Assembly (NCBI GenBank): GCA_963555825.3
Contig: CAUVXB020000001.1
Coordinates: 2,112,001-2,176,000 of the forward strand
DNA: 64,000 bases
Direction: 5' to 3'
Source: Alphaproteobacteria bacterium
Lineage (GTDB): Bacteria > Pseudomonadota > Alphaproteobacteria > JAAXGF01
Shown here piece after piece: positions 52,718 through 60,975 of the stretch (position 1 is the stretch's first letter; every line of letters starts with the position of its first letter). A program made the position numbers and the translations under genes. The notes under the pieces are model-generated. The model was not told the DNA's origin, did no database searches, and was given only the letters and a program-made list of their open reading frames with translations.

Positions 52718-54504
52718 CGCTCGAGCCCCGCCTTCGCGAGCGCGTCGTACAGATGCTCGAAGTCGGCGTCGTTCTGATACTCGATGGCACCGTGCCAGAA
52801 CGGCTCCCAGGCGGCGAGCTTGCGGCCGGGGAACACCGCCATGTCGTCCTCGGCGACGCGCAGGAATTCCTCCAGCATGGCCCGCGCCTTGTCGAGCCGC
52901 CCGGCGCCGGCGTAGCTCGCGGCGAGCCAGCCGCGCACCTCGTTGACCGAGTCCTTGATCGGCCTCAAGGCCGCGATGGCCTCGTCATAGTGGCGCCCGG
53001 TGAAGTAGGCGATACCCTTGAGCCAGCCGACCCATTCGGGTTGCAGCGGGTTGATGCGCGCCGATTGGTGGAAATTCGTCAACGCTTCGTCGATACGGCC
53101 TACCGCCGTCAGGTAGAAACCGAAGAATCCCAGCGCAGAATATTCGTTGGGATTGAGCATGAGCGCTCGCTCGAAACTGTCCCGCGCGTCGTCGAAGGCG
53201 CGGTGGTATATGTGGCACATGCCGAGGACGGCGTGTGCCGTGCCATTGGTGTCGTCGAGCACGACGGCTTTCTTCGCGCTGTCATAGGCGATTACCAAGG
53301 AATCCTCGCGATTCTCCACCCAATGCGCCATCCAATCCATCCAATGGACCATCGCAAGAAATTGATGCGCCTGCGAGCTGTGCGGATCGAGCGCGACGGC
53401 GCGATTTAGATGTTCGCGCGCCTCGACGTTGCCCTCCTTCGTAAGCCAGGTGCTCGGCTCGGTCGCCCGAAGAATGTGGTCGTAGGCCTGTAGATTCGAT
53501 GCGCTCATACGTTCGGCGCGCTTCTGGCCGGCAACTTCGAGGCGTCCGCCGACGGTCGCGACGATCGTGCGAACCAACTCGTCCTGGACCGCGAAGACGT
53601 CCTCGAGGTCGCGGTCGTAGCGCTCGGCCCAGATGTGGTTGCCGCTCGCCGCCTCGACGAGCTGAGCGGTCACGCGGACCCGGTTGCCCGCCTTGCGCAC
53701 GCTGCCCTCGACGACGTACCGGACGCCAAGCTTCTGGCCGACCTCGGTCACGTCGACGGCCTTTCCCTTGAAGGCGAACGACGAATTTCGCGCGATGACG
53801 AACACCGAGTGGAAGCGCGACAGCTCGGTGATGATGTCCTCGGTGATGCCGTCCGAAAAGTACTCCTGCTCCGGGTCACCCGACATATTGGCGAACGGCA
53901 AGACCGCGATTGACGGCTTATCGGGTAGCGCGAGCGGCGCCGCCTCGCCCGCCGGCGCGACGGCGCCCATCGACCAGCGGTAGACCCGGACCGGCTTGGC
54001 GATATTCTTGAGCGTGTGCTCGCCGGAGTCCGCGAATTCCGCCGCGATCTTGCCCTCGACCTGCTGGTGCGCGATGTCGCTCAACGCGACACCGCCAGGG
54101 TCCGCGACCTCCTGGATGCGCGCCGCGAGGTTGACGCCATCGCCGTAGATGTCATCGCCCTCTATGATGATGTCGCCGAGATTGACGCCAATGCGAAATG
54201 CGATGCGCGTGCTCTCGGGCACCTCGGCATTGCGCTCGGCCATGCCGCGCTGCACGGCGATGGCGCATTCGACCGCGTCGACGACGCTCGGGAACTCGAC
54301 CAGCGCGCCGTCGCCCATCAGCTTGACGAGGCGCCCGCCGCGCGCGGCGATCGCCGGGTCGACGCATTCGGCGCGATGCGCCTTGAGGCGCTCAAGCGTG
54401 CCCGCCTCGTCGTCGCCCATCAGGCGCGAGTAGCCGACGACGTCCGCCGACAGAATGGCGGCGAGCCTGCGCTGTACAGCCTGCGACCCCACCGTGTCCC
54501 CCAT
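52714..54504 (-). CDS. Class III adenylate/guanylate cyclase with TolB-like and TPR domains (paralog)
   Basis: Same motifs as the neighbouring gene. Confidence 0.92.
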   Translation of the reverse strand: MGDTVGSQAVQRRLAAILSADVVGYSRLMGDDEAGTLERLKAHRAECVDPAIAARGGRLVKLMGDGALVEFPSVVDAVECAIAVQRGMAERNAEVPESTRIAFRIGVNLGDIIIEGDDIYGDGVNLAARIQEVADPGGVALSDIAHQQVEGKIAAEFADSGEHTLKNIAKPVRVYRWSMGAVAPAGEAAPLALPDKPSIAVLPFANMSGDPEQEYFSDGITEDIITELSRFHSVFVIARNSSFAFKGKAVDVTEVGQKLGVRYVVEGSVRKAGNRVRVTAQLVEAASGNHIWAERYDRDLEDVFAVQDELVRTIVATVGGRLEVAGQKRAERMSASNLQAYDHILRATEPSTWLTKEGNVEAREHLNRAVALDPHSSQAHQFLAMVHWMDWMAHWVENREDSLVIAYDSAKKAVVLDDTNGTAHAVLGMCHIYHRAFDDARDSFERALMLNPNEYSALGFFGFYLTAVGRIDEALTNFHQSARINPLQPEWVGWLKGIAYFTGRHYDEAIAALRPIKDSVNEVRGWLAASYAGAGRLDKARAMLEEFLRVAEDDMAVFPGRKLAAWEPFWHGAIEYQNDADFEHLYDALAKAGLER

Positions 54505-55098
54505 GTTGCGCCCGAACCCGCGAGAGTAGGGAAATCGGCGGGCCGAGTCTAACGGCTCAACCGTCGGCGGCCACCGCCTGTGCGCCGACGCGCCGAGCGC
54601 GATCGTGCTTTCGAGGTCCTGCGTGGTGGTGCGCGGGTTGATCGTGCACAGGCGCGCACCGTCCGACCGCCGAGCCGGGTCGAGGAATGGCGTAGCCGTC
54701 GTCGATCAACGCCTCGACGCGCTTGTTGACGGCGTCGGGGTCGGAGCCGTCGAGCCGATAGCTGAAGGTGACGATGCCGAGGGGTGAGGCGCTCAGTGAG
54801 CGTGCCCGCCTCGTCGTGCCCGCCCGGATTTGATCAGCCTGTCCGCCGACGGCGCGAGTAGGGTCTTGTTGGCAGCCGACGACGTCTTCAGGGCGTGGTA
54901 GCGCCGATGCTTGCGGAAGAAGGCAGTTCCCGCTCGGTCTCGGCCCGGTCCGGCGCAGCGGCGGCATCGCGAAGGTGGCGCAGCGAGCCGGCACCTTGGC
55001 GACGCCTGCGACCGGCACCGTGTCCGGTTTCGGGCGACAGGGTTGCGCCCGAACCCGCGAGAGCTGCGTAGGGAAATCGGCGGGCCGAGTCTAACGGC

Positions 55099-56505
55099 TC
55101 AACCGTCGGCGGCCACCGCCTGTGCGCCGAGACGCGCCAGCAGCGCGATCGTGCTTTCGAGGTCCTGCGTGGTGGTGCGCGGGTTGATCGTGCACAGGCG
55201 CAGCACCGTCCGACCGCCGAGCCGGGTCGAGGAGAGCATGGCGTAGCCGTCGTCGATCAACGCCTCGACGATCGCCCGATTGTTGACGGCGTCGGGGTCG
55301 GAGCCGTCGAGCCGATAGCTGAAGGTGACGATGCCGAGCTGCGCCGGCGTCACGATGTCGAAGGCGCCCGACGCACGCAGCAACGCCTCGGCCTCTTCCG
55401 CGATGTCGATGCAGCGGTCGATCGCGGCGCGGATCGCCGCCATGCCATGGACCTTGATCGTCATCCACAGCTTGAGCGCACGGAACGAACGCGTCAGCTG
55501 GAAGCCGTGGTCGCCGTAGTTGATCTCGCCGCCCACGGTGTCCTGCATGTACTCCTGCGCCAAGCCGAAGGTGCGCGGCAGCCAGTGCGCCTCGCGAACG
55601 ATGACGCAGCCGATCTCGAACGGTTGGAACAGCCATTTGTGCGGGTCGATGGCGATCGAATGGGCGCGCCCGAGACCGGCCAACGCGCGGCTGCCACGCT
55701 CGGTCAGCACGGCCGGCGCGCCGTAAGCCCCGTCGACGTGCAGCCACAGGCCCTCGCGCGTGCAGAGATCGGCGATCGCGTCGAGCGGGTCGACGGCGCC
55801 GGTGTTCGTCGTGCCCGCAGTGGCGATGACGCTGAACGGCCTGAGGCCGGCGGCGCGGTCGGCCGCGATCGCCGCCTCCAGCGCATCGAGGTCGAGCCGC
55901 AACCCATCGTCGACCTCGACGTCCCTGACCTGGTCGTCGCCGAAGCCGAGCACGCGAAGCGCCTTGCGGTTCGAGCCGTGGGCCTGCGCCGAGCGATAGA
56001 CCACGGCGCCCTCGATACGGTCGTCGAGCATGACGTGGCGCGCCGCCGCCATGGCCGTCAGATTGGCCATCGAGCCGCCGCTGGTGAACAGCCCGCCGGC
56101 GCCCTCGGGCAGGCCGCAGAACTGGCGCAGCCAGTCGACCGTCACGCGCTCGATGGTCGCCGCCGCGGGCGCCTCGAGCCAGTCGCAGGCGATGACGTTG
56201 AAGCCGGCGGCAAGCGCATCGGCCATGACGCCGACGAAGTTGCTCGGCCCCGGCACGAAGGCGAAGAATCGCGGGTGGTTGGTGTACATCACGTTGGGCG
56301 CGACGTCGCGCTCGAAGGTGTCCAGCACCATCTCTGGGTCGGCGCCGTCCTCGGGCGGCGGCCCGCCCAGCCAGTCGTCGAGCGTCTGTCGATCACCACC
56401 GCCGGTCACGCGCTTGCCGTCGAGCGCCGCCATGTGATCGACGATCACGTCGACGACCCGGTAGCCGAAGACGCGCATCGCCTCAGGCGTCAGTTCTAGC
56501 GTCAT
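55099..56505 (-). CDS. PLP-dependent group II (aromatic L-amino acid-type) decarboxylase
   Basis: HPRFFAF, SGGSMAN, TAGTTNTGAVDPL, HVDGAYG, DPHKW. Confidence 0.92.
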   Translation of the reverse strand: MTLELTPEAMRVFGYRVVDVIVDHMAALDGKRVTGGGDRQTLDDWLGGPPPEDGADPEMVLDTFERDVAPNVMYTNHPRFFAFVPGPSNFVGVMADALAAGFNVIACDWLEAPAAATIERVTVDWLRQFCGLPEGAGGLFTSGGSMANLTAMAAARHVMLDDRIEGAVVYRSAQAHGSNRKALRVLGFGDDQVRDVEVDDGLRLDLDALEAAIAADRAAGLRPFSVIATAGTTNTGAVDPLDAIADLCTREGLWLHVDGAYGAPAVLTERGSRALAGLGRAHSIAIDPHKWLFQPFEIGCVIVREAHWLPRTFGLAQEYMQDTVGGEINYGDHGFQLTRSFRALKLWMTIKVHGMAAIRAAIDRCIDIAEEAEALLRASGAFDIVTPAQLGIVTFSYRLDGSDPDAVNNRAIVEALIDDGYAMLSSTRLGGRTVLRLCTINPRTTTQDLESTIALLARLGAQAVAADG

Positions 56506-56675
56506 GTCACAAGTTCCATCCGGTTCGACCGTCCACTCAGCGGTCGGGCTTCACCTTATTCCGAATTTCCTAAATGGACGCTGATTTCACCGTCCGCCGA
56601 AGAATAACTCCGGATTGGCTGCCACGCCTGATATCGGACCGGTATTCGAACCTCAGCCGGCACGCGGTGCGCGGC

Positions 56676-57041
56676 CTACTTCAGATGAACCATCATTATG
56701 AAGGCGGGTTCGCCGCCCGTGTTCGCCGTCCGATGACCCTCTCCGACGGTATCTTCCAGCAACAGCAGATCTCCTGGCTCCAGATCCAGGCTTGGGCCGC
56801 TGCTCGCCTCAACGGAGATTTCGCCGGACAGCATTACCAGCAACTGTCGGCGCGGCGCCCTATGCAAGTCCCCCTTCCAGCCGATCGGAACGCGCATCAT
56901 CACATGCTTTGTCACATCCACCGGCGCGGCGACATCGACCGGTGGGGCCGGCGGCGTGTGCGCGGTGCCGCTGAAATCCGTATCGACGACCGCCAGGCGG
57001 CTTTCTCCGGAGTCGTCAGCATAAATTCGCCAGTACTTCAT
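56676..57041 (-). CDS. Cupin-domain protein
   Basis: RIYADDSGES, HRAPRRQ, GDLLLLEDTVGEGH. Confidence 0.75.
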   Translation of the reverse strand: MKYWRIYADDSGESRLAVVDTDFSGTAHTPPAPPVDVAAPVDVTKHVMMRVPIGWKGDLHRAPRRQLLVMLSGEISVEASSGPSLDLEPGDLLLLEDTVGEGHRTANTGGEPAFIMMVHLK

Positions 57042-57167
57042 CCGACATTCCCCATGTAACATTCCTTCCGTGAGGCGCATGTCACGGGTCCCATCCGGTT
57101 GCGCCGTCTATTCGCGCTGCCGGCGTCACTGTATACTCGGCCATCGGACGAAACGAGGAGCAAGCCC

Positions 57168-58046
57168 GTGAGCACCGTCACCGTCGCCGCGACGCAAATG
57201 ACCTGCGGCTGGGACCGCGACGCCAACGTCGACAAGGCCGAGGCGCTGATCCGCGAGGCCGCCGGCAAGGGCGCCCGGATCGTGCTGCTGCAGGAGCTCT
57301 ACGAGACGCCCTATTTTCCGCAGGAGATGAAGCCCGAATATATCGAGCTGGCGCAGCCGGCCGCCGATCACCCGACGCTCGCCCGCATGAGCGCGCTGGC
57401 CGCCGAGCTCGACGTCGTGCTGCCGGTGAGCTTCTTCGAGCGCGCCAACAACGCGACCTATAATTCGCTGATGGTCATCGACGCCGACGGCGCCCAGCTC
57501 GGCTTCTACCGCAAATCGCACATCCCGCATGCGCCGCGCTACGAGGAGAAGTACTATTTCACGCCGGGCGATACCGGTTTTCGGGTTTGGCGGACGCGCC
57601 ACGCGACGATCGGCGCGGCGATCTGCTGGGACCAGTGGTTCCCGGAAGCCGCGCGTTGCATGGTGTTGCAGGGCGCCGACATCCTGTTCTACCCGACCGC
57701 GATCGGCAACGACCCGTCGGACCCCGGTGGCGCGAGTTCGGGCGCCTGGCAGCGCGTCATGCAGGGCCACGCGGCGGCCAATTCGGTCGCCGTGGTGGCA
57801 TCGAACCGCATCGGGCGCGAGACCGCGAACGGCAGCGCCATCAACTTCTATGGTTCGTCGTTCGTCGCCGATGAGACGGGCGACAAACTCGTCGAGGCGG
57901 GCCGCGACGAAGCCGGCGTGTTCGTCGCGACGCTCGACTTGGCCGGCATTCGCCGCTACCGGGACCAGTGGTCGCTCTTCCGCGACAGACGCCCCGACCT
58001 CTACGACGCCTTGCTGACCAAGGACGGCGTCACGCGACCCGGATAG
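57168..58046 (+). CDS. aguB: N-carbamoylputrescine amidase (nitrilase family)
   Basis: QEL, YRKSHIP, YEEKYYFTPGDTGF, ICWDQWFPEAAR, YPTAIG. Confidence 0.85.
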   Translation: MSTVTVAATQMTCGWDRDANVDKAEALIREAAGKGARIVLLQELYETPYFPQEMKPEYIELAQPAADHPTLARMSALAAELDVVLPVSFFERANNATYNSLMVIDADGAQLGFYRKSHIPHAPRYEEKYYFTPGDTGFRVWRTRHATIGAAICWDQWFPEAARCMVLQGADILFYPTAIGNDPSDPGGASSGAWQRVMQGHAAANSVAVVASNRIGRETANGSAINFYGSSFVADETGDKLVEAGRDEAGVFVATLDLAGIRRYRDQWSLFRDRRPDLYDALLTKDGVTRPG

Positions 58047-58186
58047 AGTTCTGTTTTCCGGTCACCTTTACGCTGTAAAGGTAACCTGCGCTCAATCGCC
58101 GCGCAGGCTTTCGCCGAACGGTCGGCGGCCCGCGGTCGCGGGCTGGTAGATTTCGACCAAGTCGGACGGGTTTGAGTTTACTCTAG
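58044..58186 (+). repeat. Structured dispersed repeat
   Basis: TAGAGT...ACTCTAG termini; GGTCACCTTTAC-GCT-GTAAAGGTAACC plus the shared core. Confidence 0.85.
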
Positions 58187-58206
58187 GCGAGGCGCGCCGC
58201 GCTCAG

Positions 58207-58839
58207 CTACTTGGTGCCGTAGATCCGGTCGCCGGCGTCGCCGAGACCGGGCACGATATAGCCGTGGTCGTTCAGGCACTCGTCGATCGCGGCGGTGATG
58301 ATCGGCACGTCGGGGTGTGCCGCACCGAAGGTAGCGATGCCCTCGGGCGCCGACAAAAGGCAGACGAACTTGATCGTCCTGGCGCCGGCGTTCTTGATAA
58401 GCTGGACAGCGGCGACCGCCGAATTGCCGGTCGCGAGCATCGGGTCGACGACGATGACGACGCGCTCGTCGAGACCTCCGGGCACCTTGAAATAATACTG
58501 AACCGGGCGCAGCGTCTCGGGGTCGCGGTAGAGCCCGACATGGCCGACGCGCGCCGATGGCATCAGATCGAGCATGCCTTCGAGGATGCCGTTGCCGGCG
58601 CGCAGGATCGAGATCAGGCAGAGCTTCTTGCCGGCGAGCGCCGGCGCCCGCATAGCGGTGATCGGCGTTTCGATGTCCTTTTCGGTCATCGGCAGGTCAC
58701 GGGTCACCTCGTAGGCGAGCAACAGGCTGGTCTCGCGCGCCAACTGGCGGAACTCGGCGGTCGGCGTCTCCTTGCGCCGCATCAGGGTGAGTTTGTGCTG
58801 GACCAGCGGGTGATCGACGACCGTGACGTTCTGCTGCAT
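58207..58839 (-). CDS. upp: Uracil phosphoribosyltransferase
   Basis: [40 protein letters not shown]. Confidence 0.96.
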   Translation of the reverse strand: MQQNVTVVDHPLVQHKLTLMRRKETPTAEFRQLARETSLLLAYEVTRDLPMTEKDIETPITAMRAPALAGKKLCLISILRAGNGILEGMLDLMPSARVGHVGLYRDPETLRPVQYYFKVPGGLDERVVIVVDPMLATGNSAVAAVQLIKNAGARTIKFVCLLSAPEGIATFGAAHPDVPIITAAIDECLNDHGYIVPGLGDAGDRIYGTK

Positions 58840-58900
58840 GAAGTAATCCTTCCCAGAAATCGTTCGTGTTGGTTCAAAGGTCGCTATACCGGGCCGCATG

Positions 58901-60127
58901 TCACCCCGCCGCCATCTCACGGTTGCGCCGCGCGACACTGCCGGGCTCGGGCGCCGTCGGGCTGCGCGACACCGGGATCAGCGCGCGAATCAGGCTGTGG
59001 AACTCGCGGATGCGCTGCTCCTTGTCCGACAGCAGCCCGACGTCATAGGAGCGCGAAGCGAGGCCCGCCTGGACACCAGCAACCAGCGCGACGTCTTCTC
59101 GGCCGACCAAGCGGTTGATGCGGCCGCTGAGGTAGCGCGCCGCGCGCATCTCGCGCCGCGCGTCGGGCACGCCATAGGCGCGGCCGCGCAGCCGGCAGCG
59201 GCCCGGCGCGACCGGGACCATCTGGAAGAAGTCAATGGTGTCGGGGTAGACGTCGAAGGCGGCGTTGGGAAACAGGCTGTAGTAGAGCCAGGTGCGCCGC
59301 CGCTCGGCCGGCAGATGGTCGACCTCGGGCAAGAGCTTGAGGTAATGGCGCTCGCTCCAGTTGGGCGTCGGCTTGTCGAACAGCCGGCCGCCGGCGCGCG
59401 CGATGCCGTGCGGCTGCGTCTCGAAGCCGTAATTGGGGCCGAACAGCCGCTGCAGCCCCGGGTGGCCGAGCGGGATGTGGTAGCCTTCGATGTTGTTATC
59501 GACGGCGTTCTTCCAGTCGACCGGCGCCTCGCTGCCCCAGTGGCGGCCGATCGGCTCCAGGTCCTCGAAGCGGTACGCGGCGAGCTCTTCGGCATAAGGC
59601 GCCATCACCTCGGCGACGCTGGCGCCGCCTGGCTCGAAGCGGACGAAGACGAAGCCGAACCACACCTCGTGCTCGACGGGCGCCAGCCTGATCGACGCCT
59701 TGTCCAGGCCGGGAAAGCCCTTCTCGGCCGGCACCGCCTTGAGCCGGCCGTCGAGGCCGTAGGTCCAGCCGTGGTAGCGGCAGCGAATCGCCTCGCCGCA
59801 ATGGCCGGCGTCGCCGTCGACGAGGCGCGAGGCGCGGTGCCGGCAGACGTTGTAGAAGGCGCCCAGCGCGCCGTCCGCATCGCGCATCACGAAGACACTC
59901 TCGCCGGGCAGGTCGAAGCGCAGGTAGTCGCCGGGCTTCCTGAGCTCGCTGATATGGCCGACGATGTGCCAGGTGTGCATGAAAATCGCCTCGACCTCAA
60001 GCGCGAAGAACTCGGCGTTGTCGTAGGTCCAGGCCGGCAGCGTCTCGTTCGAGACGGGGAAGACGCCGGTGCGCAGTGGATCGCCGCCGCCGGCCTCGAT
60101 CCGCCGTGCCTCACCCTCGGGCATCAC
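58901..60127 (-). CDS. Rieske non-heme iron oxygenase alpha subunit
   Basis: CRH...CRYHGW; [17 protein letters not shown]. Confidence 0.92.
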   Translation of the reverse strand: MMPEGEARRIEAGGGDPLRTGVFPVSNETLPAWTYDNAEFFALEVEAIFMHTWHIVGHISELRKPGDYLRFDLPGESVFVMRDADGALGAFYNVCRHRASRLVDGDAGHCGEAIRCRYHGWTYGLDGRLKAVPAEKGFPGLDKASIRLAPVEHEVWFGFVFVRFEPGGASVAEVMAPYAEELAAYRFEDLEPIGRHWGSEAPVDWKNAVDNNIEGYHIPLGHPGLQRLFGPNYGFETQPHGIARAGGRLFDKPTPNWSERHYLKLLPEVDHLPAERRRTWLYYSLFPNAAFDVYPDTIDFFQMVPVAPGRCRLRGRAYGVPDARREMRAARYLSGRINRLVGREDVALVAGVQAGLASRSYDVGLLSDKEQRIREFHSLIRALIPVSRSPTAPEPGSVARRNREMAAG

Positions 60128-60576
60128 GCCTCGGGCACGGCGAGCGCGATGAAGTAGGCACCGTCCTTCTCGCCGATCATGTGCAGGGAATAGTGGCGCG
60201 CGCCGGTCTTGGCGAGGAACTCGGCGAGCAGGTGGCCGACGACCGGCAGGTTCGCACGGTTCATGACGCCGGCGACCAGGAACTCGGTCGGCCCCCGGTC
60301 GGCATCGAGCACGTCGAGCTTAGCGATGCGGCTGGCGAGGTCGCGTCGCACGAGGTGCTTGAGACGGGTCCGCTGACGCGGATCGACGCCGCGCCAGTAG
60401 AACAGATCCATCGCGCGCTGCATGTTGCCGCTGTCGTAGGCGTCTCGGTAGGCCTCGACCAGCGCCGCGACGCTGGTGGCGCGAACGTCGGCCCGCGCCT
60501 CACCACTCGCCAGCACCGCGATGGCGACGACGATCCAGACGAGGCGCTGGAGTTCGAAAAACGCGCGTGCCATCAT
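60124..60576 (-). CDS. Exported hypothetical protein
   Basis: Signal-peptide-like N-terminus; stop overlaps the oxygenase start. Confidence 0.6.
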   Translation of the reverse strand: MMARAFFELQRLVWIVVAIAVLASGEARADVRATSVAALVEAYRDAYDSGNMQRAMDLFYWRGVDPRQRTRLKHLVRRDLASRIAKLDVLDADRGPTEFLVAGVMNRANLPVVGHLLAEFLAKTGARHYSLHMIGEKDGAYFIALAVPEA

Positions 60577-60675
60577 TCTCCCCTACCCGGCCATAGCCAC
60601 TGGATGTCCCGGTGGCGATCTGGAATGATACCCGCCAACAAGTGAACGCCAAAGCGCCATGAGGGAGGACGACAC

Positions 60676-60975
60676 CTGGTCGAGATCGATACCAGCCGCA
60701 AGGACCTGGTCGCGGAGTTCCGGCGCACGCCGGTCGGCCGGCACAGCGCCGATCTGCGCAATCTGCTGAACCGCATGCGGACGGCGCCGGAGCTGCCCAA
60801 CTATGTCCTGGTATGCACCGTGCCGCAGCGCGAATGGCTGCTCGCGACCAAGGCCCCGGGCCGCGGCACGCCGGCCGAGATCGTCGAGGGCCAGGTCTTC
60901 ACCGACCCGAACGAGGCCGAGTGGCAAGTCTTCAAACTGCGCTGGCAGGCGCTGACCGGCGAGTCGATCGACTGA
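60676..60975 (+). CDS. N,N-dimethylformamidase small subunit-like protein (probable CTG start)
   Basis: EFRRTPVGRHSADLRNLLNRMR...EAEWQVFKLRW; GGAGG upstream of an in-frame CTG; overlaps the large-subunit start. Confidence 0.75.
   Translation: MVEIDTSRKDLVAEFRRTPVGRHSADLRNLLNRMRTAPELPNYVLVCTVPQREWLLATKAPGRGTPAEIVEGQVFTDPNEAEWQVFKLRWQALTGESID

Noticed and set aside
54385-55340. Partial duplicate of the decarboxylase 3' end and cyclase 5' end, including ORF 54557-55018
   Set aside because: One copy has many small deletions and the other is interleaved with junk bases. This pattern suggests a noisy consensus artefact and needs read support.
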